DNA of 64,000 nucleotides from an uncultured Rubrivivax sp. (GTDB taxonomy: Bacteria > Pseudomonadota > Gammaproteobacteria > Burkholderiales > Burkholderiaceae_C): assembly GCA_964433315.1 (NCBI GenBank), contig CAYSQO010000001.1, positions 59,871 to 123,870 of the forward strand, written 5' to 3'. The position numbers and the translations under genes are program-made. Positions 35,558 through 46,567 of this stretch are shown one piece after another. Below the pieces are notes generated by a model that saw only the letters and a list, made by a program, of their open reading frames with translations, was not told where the DNA came from and did no database searches. The stretch's first letter is position 1, and every line of letters begins with the position of its first letter.

Positions 35558-37285
35558 ATGAAAGCCATCGCCGAAAACATCTACACCCGCGGCCAGCACG
35601 GCATCCAGTACGTGCGCCGTCGCATCCCGGCCGCCATCCGTGCGGCCTATCCCGCCAAGCAGACGCACATCGTGCGCAGCCTGGGCACTGCCGACCGCCG
35701 CTTGGCCAAAGGGCTCGCCAACGCCGAGCTCGCGCGCATCGACGCCGAGTTCAAGCTCAAGAACCAACAGCTCGAACTGAGCCGGGCCTCCTTGTCGGCC
35801 AAGCGCATCGCCAAGCTCGACGACGAGCAGCTCAAGGGTATCGCCCGTTTCTGGGTGCGGCAGGTGCTGCTGGCCGACGACCAGCGGCGTCAGGCCGGCC
35901 TGGACGATGCCGAGTTCGACGAGCTGGGTGCCGAGCTGTCGGAGCAGCGCGCGCAGCTCGGTCGCATGCTGGCCCAGGGCAAGAGCATGAACATGTTCCC
36001 CGCCATGCACGGCTTCCTGCACCTGTGCGGCCTGGACTTCGCCCCCGATGAGGCGGAAGCCAAGCGTGCCGCCTACGTATTCCTTCGTGCCGTCGTCGAG
36101 TCGGTCGACCATCGCCTCGGCCGTCAGCGTGGTGACCTGGTCGATACGGAAGTGGTCGCGCCGGAGGTGCCGCATCCGCTCCCCGCCGCGGCGCCCGAGC
36201 GCGCTCCGGCGAACCTGCGCGCGCCCACCTGGGAGGCGGTCTTCGAGACGTGGCGCGACTACGTCGAGAACCGTCCCAAGCCGACGACCATTGCCTCGCA
36301 GACTGCCTGGCGTGACCTGCGGGGCTTCGCCGAGGGGCTGGGTGTTCGTCACCCTGGCGCTGTCACACCCGAACAAATGACCGCCTTCGCCGAGCGCATG
36401 CGCGAGCGTGGGCTTGCGGTGCCGACCATCAACGAACGCATTCTCAAGGTCCGAGCCATCTACAAGATTGCCGTGGGCAAGCACGTGCTGAAGGAGAACC
36501 CTGCGGCCGGCACCATCGGATTCAAGCAGGCGGCGGCTCGGCAGCGGCAGAAGCGCCGGCTGTCGTTCGACGCGGCTGACCTGGGCGCCCTGTTCGGCTC
36601 GCCCGTGTTCACCGAGCACAAGCGGTCGGTGGGCCAGTCGGGCGAGGCCAGCTACTGGCTCCCGGTGCTCATGTTCTACACGGGCGCTCGGCCCGAGGAA
36701 CTGGCTGGCTTGGCCCTGAGCGACCTGCAGCACGACGAGAAGCTGGGCTGGTACCTGAACCTCATCGACCGGCCCAGCGATGAAGACGCCGACCTGTTCG
36801 AGGACGGCGACGTTCCGCAGTCGCACCGGCGGACTCTGAAGAACGCACCGTCGGTGCGTCGTGTGCCGGTGGCGCAGGAGCTCATCGACCTGGGCCTGCT
36901 GCGCTATGCGGAGTGGGTGCGCCAGCGCGGCGCCGCTGTGCTGTTCCCGACGCTGACGAAGGACAGCCACGGCAAGCTGTCCGGGTCGTTCTCCAAGTTC
37001 TTCGGCCGCTACAAGCGTGCCGTGGGCATCACGGACAGCCGCAAGGTGCTGTACTCGTTCCGGCACACCATGAAGGACATGCTGGAGGCGGCAGCCGTAC
37101 CGTCCAAGTACCTGAAGCGGCTGATGGGCCACACCACCGGGGATGGAGCCATCACCGACGGCTACGGTTCCGACCTGCCTTTCGAGCTGCTGGTCGAGCA
37201 GTTCCGCAAGGTCCGCTTTCCTGCCTTGGCCGCCAAGCCGTGGCAGCCAGGGCAAGGCTACGTGAGCCTCAAGGTCGAGGCCTGA
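35558..37285 (+). CDS. int: Tyrosine integrase with N-terminal DUF6538-like arm-binding domain
   Basis: YVRRRIP...IVRSLGT; YTGARPEE, LKN, YSFRHT, LMGH, DGY. Confidence 0.92.
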   Translation: MKAIAENIYTRGQHGIQYVRRRIPAAIRAAYPAKQTHIVRSLGTADRRLAKGLANAELARIDAEFKLKNQQLELSRASLSAKRIAKLDDEQLKGIARFWVRQVLLADDQRRQAGLDDAEFDELGAELSEQRAQLGRMLAQGKSMNMFPAMHGFLHLCGLDFAPDEAEAKRAAYVFLRAVVESVDHRLGRQRGDLVDTEVVAPEVPHPLPAAAPERAPANLRAPTWEAVFETWRDYVENRPKPTTIASQTAWRDLRGFAEGLGVRHPGAVTPEQMTAFAERMRERGLAVPTINERILKVRAIYKIAVGKHVLKENPAAGTIGFKQAAARQRQKRRLSFDAADLGALFGSPVFTEHKRSVGQSGEASYWLPVLMFYTGARPEELAGLALSDLQHDEKLGWYLNLIDRPSDEDADLFEDGDVPQSHRRTLKNAPSVRRVPVAQELIDLGLLRYAEWVRQRGAAVLFPTLTKDSHGKLSGSFSKFFGRYKRAVGITDSRKVLYSFRHTMKDMLEAAAVPSKYLKRLMGHTTGDGAITDGYGSDLPFELLVEQFRKVRFPALAAKPWQPGQGYVSLKVEA

Positions 37286-37389
37286 TGGCAGGGCGCCGGG
37301 TCCTCCGGCGCCGCACAAAGCAAAGCGGCACCAGGCCCGATGGCTTGGTGCCGCTTTGTACGTGGGGACACGCCCCGTCATCGCTTCAC

Positions 37390-39219
37390 TCAGACCACCG
37401 ACTCGCCTCGCGCCGTAGCGCTCGCGCCTGCCGGCTGTCGCGGTGTCGGGGTATCTTCGTCGTTGACGCTCGGCGGGTTGCTGATAGCGGCCGGGGCCGG
37501 CACCAGCACCGCCTTCACGCTGTCGCCTGCGAAGCGCTGCTGTCCGCGCGTCGCGCCAGGCAACGTCAACAGTGCGGCTTTCCAGGTGCCTCGTGCCCAC
37601 GCTGTGCCTTGGAACAACTGACGCGCGCCGACGTGATGCTCGGACGACGCCACCGCCAACGTCCAGGCCTCTCGCTTGCGGTCGAACAGGGCGCGCACGC
37701 CGAGCATGGCCAGGTGCTTTTCCAGCGCTGCCAGGGTGTTGCGGTCGGCGTCGCCGGACACCAGCGTCTGCAGCGCCTCGCGAACCCGGGTGTAGAGCTT
37801 GGCGGTCTTGCCGTCCGCTTCGACCCGAACCACCATCTTGCGGTCCAGCATTGCGCCGAGGCAGGCTTCGCCGTGCGACTCGTGCTCGTCCTGCGGCACC
37901 ACGTTCAGCCCCCACTGCGCAATCAGCGCAGCGAGGTCGCGCAGCGCCGGCACGGTGTCGTGCTTCAGGGCAATGTAGCCGGCCAGCAGCGGGCTCCACG
38001 TGTCGGCCCGCCGGTCAGGGTGCCCGATGTCCTGCAGCATGCGGTGCACCGCTGCGCGGGCGTCGCGCATCACCTGCCAACGTGCCACCAGCAGCCGCCG
38101 CAGCCGCGCGCCCAGCTCGCCGGGCTGCACGCCGCTCGCCGGGTCCAACAGCGGGCTCTTCGTCATCCCCGCACGCTGCTTCGGCACCATCGACAGCCGC
38201 ACCGAGCGGCTTTCCAGCGCCGGTTCGAGCTCGGGCAGGTGGATGCCGCAGAGCACCACACCGGCTGGCGCGTTGAAGTACTGCACCTTGCCGCCGATGA
38301 CACGCGAGAACTTGCCCTTGCCCGGCGTCTTGGTGAAGCCGCTGTTGAACACCTCGGCCAGCTTCAGCATCTCGCCCTTGCTGACCTTCAGCGGCTCGAA
38401 CTCGTCGCAAATCATCGCCAGCGACGAGTCCTTCACCGCGTGCAGCACCTGCGCCACCGTCGGAACGCCGTCACGCCGTACCGCCTGCCTGCCGAGCAAC
38501 GCGGTCTGCAGGTCCACCCAGGTGGTCTTTCCCGAGCCGCGTTCCGCCGTGACGATGAGCGAGGGGCTGTGCGGCAGAACCGCACCCATCGCTGCGCTGG
38601 CCAGCCAACCGAGCGAGACCGCCGCGCCGTGCTGCTGCTCGAAGCCGAACGACTCGAAGGTGCTTTCGACCAAGTGCACATCGGCTGCCGATGCTGAGGG
38701 CGTCGAAGCGTCGAAGCCGAGACTCTCGCCCGCCACGTACACGCGCTGCTTGGTGGGCGTGGTGTCCACCGGCGCGCCAGCTTCGTCGTAGACCGCCAGG
38801 CCGTAATGGACGACCAGCTTGCCGTCGTCCTCGTACAGGCCCGGGCCGCGGACCGTTTCGGCCTGCGCAGGCCCGAACTCGTCGCAGCCCAGCCGGATTT
38901 CCTCGGCAAGCACGTCCGACGCGAAAACGCGTTTGCGGGTCTTCGGGTCCATCGTGCCGTAGTGGTCGAGGCAGTACGCCGCGCCGAGCTTGGTCAGCAG
39001 CGTCGCTTCGTCCAGCTTGCCGCTCAGCGTGACGAGCTGGCCGGTCTTGCGGGAGAGGACGCGGTAACTGCCGTTCAGGTCGTAGCCCGCGACATCGAAG
39101 CCGCCGCCGGGGTGAATCAGCTCAGCGCGGGAAGGCGAGGGCGGCACCGCCTTCAGTGCCGGGGCTGCCGCAGCCTTGTGGCTGCCGAACAGGGCGCTCA
39201 GGATTTTGTTGTTGCTCAT
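37390..39219 (-). CDS. P-loop ATPase, putative replication helicase of the island
   Basis: AERGSGKTT Walker A, ICDEFE Walker B, ALESR Arg finger; GGAG RBS. Confidence 0.7.
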   Translation of the reverse strand: MSNNKILSALFGSHKAAAAPALKAVPPSPSRAELIHPGGGFDVAGYDLNGSYRVLSRKTGQLVTLSGKLDEATLLTKLGAAYCLDHYGTMDPKTRKRVFASDVLAEEIRLGCDEFGPAQAETVRGPGLYEDDGKLVVHYGLAVYDEAGAPVDTTPTKQRVYVAGESLGFDASTPSASAADVHLVESTFESFGFEQQHGAAVSLGWLASAAMGAVLPHSPSLIVTAERGSGKTTWVDLQTALLGRQAVRRDGVPTVAQVLHAVKDSSLAMICDEFEPLKVSKGEMLKLAEVFNSGFTKTPGKGKFSRVIGGKVQYFNAPAGVVLCGIHLPELEPALESRSVRLSMVPKQRAGMTKSPLLDPASGVQPGELGARLRRLLVARWQVMRDARAAVHRMLQDIGHPDRRADTWSPLLAGYIALKHDTVPALRDLAALIAQWGLNVVPQDEHESHGEACLGAMLDRKMVVRVEADGKTAKLYTRVREALQTLVSGDADRNTLAALEKHLAMLGVRALFDRKREAWTLAVASSEHHVGARQLFQGTAWARGTWKAALLTLPGATRGQQRFAGDSVKAVLVPAPAAISNPPSVNDEDTPTPRQPAGASATARGESVV

Positions 39220-40173
39220 GTTGAAGTCTCCAAAGACGAAAGCCCTGCCGGCGACGCCGCCGGCAAGGCTTGATGTGTGAGGGGGAGCGCCGCCGAAGAT
39301 TCAGGCAGCGCAAGTCTGCAGCTCAAGGCCAGAACGGCTGGAGCATGCGGGGCACGAGGTGCCCAACGCCGAGCCCGTCGAACGGGTGGCGTCTACTGGC
39401 GCACCACGGAGCTGTGGGGCCAGGCCTTGGAAGTTGGGAGTTGGCTTGTCGGCGCCGACCCCAGGGCGCGAAGGCTAGTTAGTCTGTTCTAAGCGCGGGT
39501 CTGGGGTATGCCGACAGGCAGGGATTTTTAAAGAACACGACCCCGATGCCACCAGCTTGGGTGGGGGGAGCGTGTTCTTGCGCGGGATGTGCGCTGATGA
39601 AGTAGGAGCCGAACTGTATCGCCGCCGCGCCGCCTGGCAAGGCAATAGTTCACGGCCTGCCTTGGTGGCAGGCCGTCACCGGCCACCGTCTTGCAGACCG
39701 TCGCCAAGACCGAGACGGTAGAAGCAGACGCTTCCACCGTGGGGGAACGGGGCATCCCGGCTCACGGTCGCTAGGGCGACACGCCGTGTCTCGGGCTGGA
39801 CGCCCTCGTCCCCTTGCCAATACCGCGCCCCATCCCGCTGACTCTGCACGGCAGAGCCAACGGGCGGGCAACCCGCGCGCTGCTTGCCTTTGGTGTCGCT
39901 GTTCGCGCCACCGGCAGGCGCCTCCTGGACGTCGGCCATCGCCCGGGTTGCCCGCCCGCCTTCAGCGGGTGGGGCGGGGCTTCGCCCCCACTGCGTCACC
40001 GGCCCGTGGGCGGGCCTGATTTCGCTGGGGCGAAACCTGACTTGTGGCGCCCCCTGCCGCGCGTTGACCGTGTTGGCACGGTGCAGCGCGCGGTGCTGCG
40101 GCTGGACGCCTTGCCCCACGTCCTGTGGCGTGGCACCCCCGAGATGCGCCGAACCAATCCCTATCATGGGCGC

Positions 40174-43100
40174 ATGGATACAAAAGCAACATCGGCTCAA
40201 GCGTTCATCGAGCGCTGGCAGGGAGTTACCGCGAGCGAGCTGGCCACCGCTCAGACCTTCGTCATGGACTTGTGCGAGCTTCTGGGCGTGCCCAAGCCGC
40301 ACCCGACGCCCGCGCAGGACTACATGTTCGAGCGCCCCGTCACCTTCAGCCATGGCGACGGCTCCAGCAGTGCCGGCCGCATCGACTGCTACAAGCGTGG
40401 CCACTTCGTGTTGGAGGCCAAGAAGCTCAAGGCCGGCTCGCACACCAAGGGCTTCGATGACGGCTTGTTGCGTGCCCGCAGTCAGGGCGAAAGCTACGCC
40501 CGCGCGCTCCCGGCCGATGAAGGCCGCCCGCCGTTCGTCATGGTGGTGGACGTGGGCACAGTCATTGAGGTCTACGCGGAGTTCAGCCGCAGCGGCGGCA
40601 CCTACACACCTTTCCCTGACCCGCGCAGCCATCGCATCCTGCTGGCTGACTTGGCAAAGCCCGAAACGCTGGAGCGACTGCGCAAGATTTGGACCCAACC
40701 GGACGACCTGAACCCGGCACTCATCGCGGCCAAGGTCACCCGTGATGTGTCCAACAAGCTGGCATTGCTGGCGCGGTCGCTGGAACAGGCTGGCCATGCG
40801 CCACAGGTCGTGGCCGCCTACCTCTCGCGCTGCCTTTTCAGCATGTTCGCGGAGGACGTTGAGCTGCTGCCCAAGGGCTCCTTCCAGGCGCTGCTGCTGC
40901 AGCACCGCGAGAACCCCGCCACCCTGCAACTGATGCTGCGCAGCCTGTGGGCCGACATGGACCGGGGCGGCTTCTCGGTGGCGCTGGTGCAGTCGGTGCT
41001 GAAGTTCAACGGCAAGCTGTTCAAGGGCGACAGCGCCGATGGCTACAGTCTGCTTCTCACGCCCGAGCAAATCGACCTGCTGGTGCAGGCCGCTCGTGCC
41101 AACTGGCGCGAGGTCGAGCCCGCCATCTTCGGCACCCTGCTGGAACGCGCGCTGGACCCCAACGAACGCCACGCGCTGGGCGCCCACTACACCCCGCGTG
41201 CTTACGTCGAACGGCTGGTGCTGCCCACCGTCATCGAGCCCTTACGTGCCGAATGGGCCAACACCCAGGCCGCTGCGCTGCTGCTGGCCCACGAGGCCAC
41301 CGAGCTGGAGGCCAACCCGCCCGCCGTGAAGACCAAGAAGGACTTCGCCGCGCTCGACCGGCACAACGCCGCAGTGCGCGCCAAATGGGCTGAGGCCCGC
41401 CGGCAGGTGAAGGACTTCCTGCACCGACTGTGCACCCTGCGCGTGCTGGACCCGGCCTGCGGCAGCGCCAACTTCCTGTACGTGACACTGGAGCACCTGA
41501 AGCGCCTGGAGGGTGAGGTGCTGAACCAGCTCAGCGCCCTGGGCGACAAGCAGGACGCGCTGGACCTGGCCGGCGAGACCGTCACGCTGCAGCAACTGCG
41601 CGGCGTGGAGCTGAACGAGCGCGCCGCCGCCCTGGCCGAGCTGGTGCTGTGGATTGGCTTCCTGCAGTGGCACATCCGAACTCAAGGGCGTGCCAACGTG
41701 GCCGAGCCCGTGGTGCACGACTACGGCAACATCGAGCACCGGGACGCCGTGCTGGCCTACGACCGCCAGGAGCCGATGACTGACGCCACCGGCAAAGTGC
41801 TGACCCGCTGGGACGGCGAGACCGTCAAGCCGCACCCCGTGACGGGCCAACCCGTGCCTGACGAGGCCGCCCAGGTGGTGCAGTGGCGTTACGTGAACCC
41901 CCGGCAGGCCGAGTGGCCCAAGGCCGACTTCATCGTCGGCAATCCGCCCTTCATCGGCAACAAGCGCATGCGGGTGGCCCTGGGCGACGGCTATGCGGAC
42001 GCCCTGCGCGCCGCCTGGCCCGAGGTGCCCGACAGCGCCGACTTCGTCATGTACTGGTGGCACAAGGCCGCCGAGACGGTCCGCCAGGGCCAGGCCGAGC
42101 GCTTCGGCCTCATCACCACCAACAGCCTGACCATGATTTTCAACCGGCGGGTGATTGAGGCGCACCAGACCGCCACCCCGCCGCTGAGCCTGGCCTACGC
42201 CGTGCCCGACCACCCGTGGGTGGACAGCGCAAACGGTGCAGCGGTGCGCATTGCCATGTCCGTCGGGGTGCGTGGTGCTGTCGAGGGCAAGCTGCAGACC
42301 GTCAGTCTGGAGACGGAAGAAGAAAACGGTGAGGTCGCGGTCGAACTGGTGACCCGCCAAGGTGTCATTCACGCCGACCTGAAGGTCGGCGCCAACGTCG
42401 CAGGGGCGAAGCGGCTGCAGGCCAATGCTGGGTTGTCCAGCCGAGGGGTCATACCGCATGGGGCCGGATTTCTCGTCACGCCCACAGAGGCGCAGAACCT
42501 GGGCTTGGGCACGGTTGCCGGCTTAGATAAGTACATCCGCCCGTACCGTAACGGGCGCGACCTGACCGGCACGCCTCGTGGCGTCATGGTGATTGACCTC
42601 TTTGGCCTGCAAGCGGACGAAGTCCGGCGGCGCTTCCCGGCCGTCTATCAGTGGCTGCTGGAGCGGGTCAAGCCTGAGCGAGACGCGAACCGCGACCGGC
42701 AGTTTCGCGAGAAGTGGTGGCTCCACGGGAGGTCGCGAGGGGAGATTCGCCCGGCCCTGTCTGGACTTCCTCGCTACATCGTGACCGGTCAGGTGGCGAA
42801 GCACAGGGTGTTCCAGTGGCTCGACGCCTCCATCCTGCCGGACGACAAGCTCATCCTCGTGGCTAGCGCGGATGCCCTTCACCTTGGGGTGTTGTCCAGT
42901 TCAGTCCACATCGCCTGGGCTCTGGCGTCTGGCGGTGCCCTGGGAGTGGGCAATGACCCGGTTTACAGCAAGTCCACCTGCTTCGAGGCGTTCCCCTTCC
43001 CCGACCTTGACCCGGCCGGGGCGCTGGCCGAGCGCATCCGCACGCTGGGCGAGCAAATCGACGCCCACCGCAAGACCCAGCTTGCGGCCCAACCGGACGC

Positions 43101-43692
43101 CACGCTCACGGCCACCTACAACGTACTGGAGAAGCTGCGCAGCGGCGAGGTGCTGACCGCCAAGGAGAAGGTGGTTCACGAACACGGCCTGGTGGGCGTG
43201 CTCAAGAGCCTGCACGACGAGCTGGACACTGCCGTGCTGCAGGCCTACGGCTGGGCCGACCTGACCCTGCCGGCCGACACCGACACGCTGCTGCTACGGC
43301 TGGTGGAGCTGAATGCCAAGCGCGCGGCCGAGGAAGCGGCCGGCACGGTGCGGTGGCTGCGCCCGGAGTTCCAGCAGGCGGGGCAAGGCGAGCAGGCGGC
43401 CCTGGAGACAGGGGCGGAAGACGCCGACGAGGGCGAGGATGAGACCGCCGACGTGAAGCCGACCAAGGCCGCCGTTGTGCAGCGCCCGTGGCCCACGGGG
43501 CTGACCGAGCAAATCAAGGCGGTGGCCGAGGTGCTGGCCGGCGCCGGGCGCAGCCTGGACCTCGAAGGGCTGGCCGGGCACTTCAACGGCCGGGGTCGCT
43601 GGCGCGACCGCCTGCCTACGCTGCTGGACACACTGGTTGCCTTGGGCCGGGCTCGCGCGGTCGACGGCCAATGGGTCGGCGTAGGCCTTTAG
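40174..43692 (+). CDS. MmeI-like type IIG restriction-modification enzyme (fused REase-N6A MTase-TRD)
   Basis: [17 protein letters not shown] nuclease; [15 protein letters not shown] (motif I), GNPPF (motif IV). Confidence 0.9.
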   Translation: MDTKATSAQAFIERWQGVTASELATAQTFVMDLCELLGVPKPHPTPAQDYMFERPVTFSHGDGSSSAGRIDCYKRGHFVLEAKKLKAGSHTKGFDDGLLRARSQGESYARALPADEGRPPFVMVVDVGTVIEVYAEFSRSGGTYTPFPDPRSHRILLADLAKPETLERLRKIWTQPDDLNPALIAAKVTRDVSNKLALLARSLEQAGHAPQVVAAYLSRCLFSMFAEDVELLPKGSFQALLLQHRENPATLQLMLRSLWADMDRGGFSVALVQSVLKFNGKLFKGDSADGYSLLLTPEQIDLLVQAARANWREVEPAIFGTLLERALDPNERHALGAHYTPRAYVERLVLPTVIEPLRAEWANTQAAALLLAHEATELEANPPAVKTKKDFAALDRHNAAVRAKWAEARRQVKDFLHRLCTLRVLDPACGSANFLYVTLEHLKRLEGEVLNQLSALGDKQDALDLAGETVTLQQLRGVELNERAAALAELVLWIGFLQWHIRTQGRANVAEPVVHDYGNIEHRDAVLAYDRQEPMTDATGKVLTRWDGETVKPHPVTGQPVPDEAAQVVQWRYVNPRQAEWPKADFIVGNPPFIGNKRMRVALGDGYADALRAAWPEVPDSADFVMYWWHKAAETVRQGQAERFGLITTNSLTMIFNRRVIEAHQTATPPLSLAYAVPDHPWVDSANGAAVRIAMSVGVRGAVEGKLQTVSLETEEENGEVAVELVTRQGVIHADLKVGANVAGAKRLQANAGLSSRGVIPHGAGFLVTPTEAQNLGLGTVAGLDKYIRPYRNGRDLTGTPRGVMVIDLFGLQADEVRRRFPAVYQWLLERVKPERDANRDRQFREKWWLHGRSRGEIRPALSGLPRYIVTGQVAKHRVFQWLDASILPDDKLILVASADALHLGVLSSSVHIAWALASGGALGVGNDPVYSKSTCFEAFPFPDLDPAGALAERIRTLGEQIDAHRKTQLAAQPDATLTATYNVLEKLRSGEVLTAKEKVVHEHGLVGVLKSLHDELDTAVLQAYGWADLTLPADTDTLLLRLVELNAKRAAEEAAGTVRWLRPEFQQAGQGEQAALETGAEDADEGEDETADVKPTKAAVVQRPWPTGLTEQIKAVAEVLAGAGRSLDLEGLAGHFNGRGRWRDRLPTLLDTLVALGRARAVDGQWVGVGL

Positions 43693-43728
43693 CCGCAGGC
43701 CGCGAGTCGAAACACCGTCACGCTGTAA

Positions 43729-43778
43729 CGTTACTGGGTGACCACCACCCGGTGAGCGTTACCGCGTGACCACCACCC
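43729..43778 (+). repeat. 22-bp direct repeat pair CGTTAC(T/C)G(G/C)GTGACCACCACCC
   Basis: Copies at 43729-43750 and 43757-43778, followed by an A-rich stretch. Confidence 0.75.
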
Positions 43779-44070
43779 ACGAATAAACAAAGTCCTTCAG
43801 ACCAGAAGCTGTTGCAAAAGCGTGTTCTGAGAACCGAAGAAGAAGCCGCCCTGCGGGCGGCTGTCGCCCGGTGAAGAGCACCCGCAAGGCAAGAGGGCCT
43901 GCGTTGCGGGCGACGCAAGGGCGGGCCTGGCCCGCCCCGTGTCAGGCAGGCTGAAGCCTGCAGAAGCGCGCGCGTGTGGCGAGCGCCAGGCCCGTCGCCG
44001 GGCTCAAGTTCCTGCCCGTCGGGCCGATACCTGCGTGACGGAAGGCATCGGCCCGACAGTCAGAAACCTC

Positions 44071-44523
44071 ATGCACCAACGCTCGTACACCTGGTTGCTG
44101 CCCACGTTCGGCGGGGCCTTCCTGTTCTTCGGCGGTGTCCTGCTGTTTCGGGAGGGCATCCGGGTGTTCGGCCTTCGTGCCGAGCTGCTCGCCATGGGTG
44201 TAGGCGCTGTCATCTTCCTTGCAGGGGTTCTGTGGGCCGCGACGCTTGCGGTTCGGACGTTCCGCGGCCCGGGCAGTCTTGGCGAGCGCCTGGGCTGGTC
44301 GGCTCCGGCAGGCCACAGATTCGATGACGACGATGGTCACCGCCGCCGGCACGGCAGCAATGACCGCCGGGGGCCGGCGGTCAACGTCGACGGGACGCCC
44401 ATGGCCACCGGCCATGTAGACGTGAACGGGAATGCCTATGGCTTCTCCGACCACCGTCACGACGCCGGTGGCTTCTCCAGCGGCGGTTCGTTCGGCGGCG
44501 GCTTCAGCAATTCACGCTGGTGA
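44071..44523 (+). CDS. Small membrane protein with Gly-rich tail
   Basis: Two TM segments; VNVDGTPM...VDVNGNAYG. Confidence 0.55.
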   Translation: MHQRSYTWLLPTFGGAFLFFGGVLLFREGIRVFGLRAELLAMGVGAVIFLAGVLWAATLAVRTFRGPGSLGERLGWSAPAGHRFDDDDGHRRRHGSNDRRGPAVNVDGTPMATGHVDVNGNAYGFSDHRHDAGGFSSGGSFGGGFSNSRW

Positions 44524-44954
44524 CGTGCATCCGTTGCTGACTTGCGGCGAGCCTGAGCGGCGGCCTTGCGCTGCTGCTGCTCCAGCCTGTCGGCGGCCAC
44601 GACGGCCGCGCCGTCCTTGATGCGCTTGCGGTCGGGGCACTGGAACAGCACCTTGTAGCCGCGACCCAGCGGCTCACGCCTGATGAGCCCGAGGGTCTCC
44701 AGCTCAACCATGTGCTTGCGCACGGCGCTCTCGTCTTTGCCCGTGAGCTTGGCGATGTGTGGCCCGGCGTAGGTCGTGTTGCCTTCGTAGTGGCACGAGG
44801 CAAGGGCGACGTACACGTACAGCGCCGCGTTGTCGATGCAGTCGACCAGGTTGAACAGCAGGGCGCGCGGCAGGCAGAAGTACCCGCCCTTGCCGTAGCG
44901 CTCGAACCAGCGGTCGTTCTCGGCGCTGGCGATGCGGTTGCGGGGGCGCTTCAT
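44457..44954 (-). CDS. wHTH DNA-binding protein (replication-initiator-like)
   Basis: ALYVYVAL...IAKLTGKDESAVRKHMVELETLGLI; ATGA-coupled to alpA. Confidence 0.7.
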   Translation of the reverse strand: MKRPRNRIASAENDRWFERYGKGGYFCLPRALLFNLVDCIDNAALYVYVALASCHYEGNTTYAGPHIAKLTGKDESAVRKHMVELETLGLIRREPLGRGYKVLFQCPDRKRIKDGAAVVAADRLEQQQRKAAAQARRKSATDARHQRELLKPPPNEPPLEKPPAS

Positions 44955-45142
44955 GCCTGGCCCCCTTCGGTGAGCTCGCGTTCCAGCCAGGCTTCAACCT
45001 CGGCCACGTCGAAGAACGACAGCCGGCTGCCGGCCAGGTGGCGCGGGGCCGGGAAGGCGCGTTGCGCTATCCAGTTTTCCAGGGTGCGGGTCGAGACGCC
45101 TAGGGCTTCGACCAGCGCGGACTTGGGGATGAACTTGTCCAT
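44951..45142 (-). CDS. alpA: AlpA-family excisionase/regulator
   Basis: LGVSTRTLENWIAQRAFPAP...FDVAEVEAWL. Confidence 0.85.
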   Translation of the reverse strand: MDKFIPKSALVEALGVSTRTLENWIAQRAFPAPRHLAGSRLSFFDVAEVEAWLERELTEGGQA

Positions 45143-45313
45143 CGAGATGCTCCAGATGACGGGTGCGCCCGTCGGGCGAAGCGCGGCGAAAATGCCGGCT
45201 CGATGGAGTGAAGCCCCCCGCATTTAGCCTTCGCGCAATGACGCGCAGGCACTCGGGACGGCGGTGGCCGGCGAGATGGTGGCTAGACAGTGGACGTACC
45301 ACCGGAAGCCACA

Positions 45314-46207
45314 ATGAAAGTCTCGACCTCCGACTTGCAGGGCGTGCTGGGCGCCGCGCCCGCCGCCGTGTCAGCATCACGTGCACCTCGGCAGACCAGC
45401 AGCCGCAGCGGGCGCGAGCAGGCCCGCGCCAACGAGCTGAAGTGCATGCGTGTCGTCGCCCACCATGGACACGTCCGCGTCGCCGAGCTGGCCCGCGCCG
45501 TCTGGCCCAAGGCGCGGTACGCCGAGCAGGTCTGTCGGCGCGTCGCCGGTCGGCTGGTTGCCGAGGGCCTGCTGCTGGAACGGCGTAACGCGCTCGGCTC
45601 GCGCAGCCTGTGCCTGACCCGTGTCGGCGCCACCTGGCTGGAGGCCCGCGGCATCGAGGCGCAGCACACGCTGGACCTGTCGAGCGTGTCGGGCAGCACC
45701 TTCTTCCACCGAACGTTGGCTACGCGTTACCTCATCGAGCGCCAGGTCGAGGGCTTCCAGACCGCCGGGGAGTACCTGCTGCTGCGGCGCAAGGCGCCGT
45801 TCCCGGTGGACCGGATGGTGAAGATGCTGCGCAAGATGCCAGACGGTGCCGTCTGGCAGCGCCGGGCCGACGGGCCGGCGACGGTGGAGGTGTGCGAGGT
45901 CGAGGCCGCCCGCAAGGCGCTGCCGCAGCTCGCGGCCTGCCTGCGGTGGGCGGAGCTCGTCGGCCAGCCGTTCGACCAGGCCGGCGCCTACCGGCTCGGG
46001 GGCTTGGTCTTCGTCTACGACCGTGAGCTGAACCATGCTCGCCGCATCCTCCTGGCCGCCACGTCGCTGTGGGGTCACCGACCCTTGCAGGAACGCGTAA
46101 CGCTGGAACGCCGGGTCAAGCTCGTCGCGGTCGAGCTGCGCGACCCGCTGGTGTGGGTCAGTTTCAGCGTGACGACGTTACACGAGCTGAGGCAGCGCGC
46201 CGTTTAA
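45314..46207 (+). CDS. wHTH + PD-(D/E)XK protein, Replic_Relax/MOBC-relaxase-like
   Basis: N-terminal wHTH (RLVAEGLL...LTRVG), then MPDGAV...CEVEAARK. Confidence 0.55.
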   Translation: MKVSTSDLQGVLGAAPAAVSASRAPRQTSSRSGREQARANELKCMRVVAHHGHVRVAELARAVWPKARYAEQVCRRVAGRLVAEGLLLERRNALGSRSLCLTRVGATWLEARGIEAQHTLDLSSVSGSTFFHRTLATRYLIERQVEGFQTAGEYLLLRRKAPFPVDRMVKMLRKMPDGAVWQRRADGPATVEVCEVEAARKALPQLAACLRWAELVGQPFDQAGAYRLGGLVFVYDRELNHARRILLAATSLWGHRPLQERVTLERRVKLVAVELRDPLVWVSFSVTTLHELRQRAV

Positions 46208-46567
46208 AACCTGGGAGCTACCCTAGGTAGACCCTCAGACGATGACCCGCAGGCAATCGGGACAAGCTGATTAGGCGCGTTCCCGCGCGCCCGTTCGTGG
46301 CCTCGGCCCCGTCCGGAAAATGCACTGTACGGCCCCGCAAGGGGGGAGAGGCGCCTTCGGGCGCCTCTCTTGTTTCTAAGGGGTCTCCCCTCGCGCCGCG
46401 CAACCGTCCGCACGCTGCAGCGTGCCCTCCGGCCTGGCATCCCCAGCTTCCTGTCGTGCAGCCGGGGTGTGCCCCTTCCAGGCCTGCGGCGGTTGCGCTC
46501 TTCTACCCCCGGTCTCGCCGACGGGCACGGGGTGCCACACGCACCCCCAGCCCTAAAGGAGCAAGAC

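Noticed and set aside
35534-37999. 821-aa minus-strand ORF, and similar long overlapping ORFs (2013-3899, 22583-24370, 50627-52654)
   Set aside because: Antisense or alternative-frame shadows of genes with clear motifs
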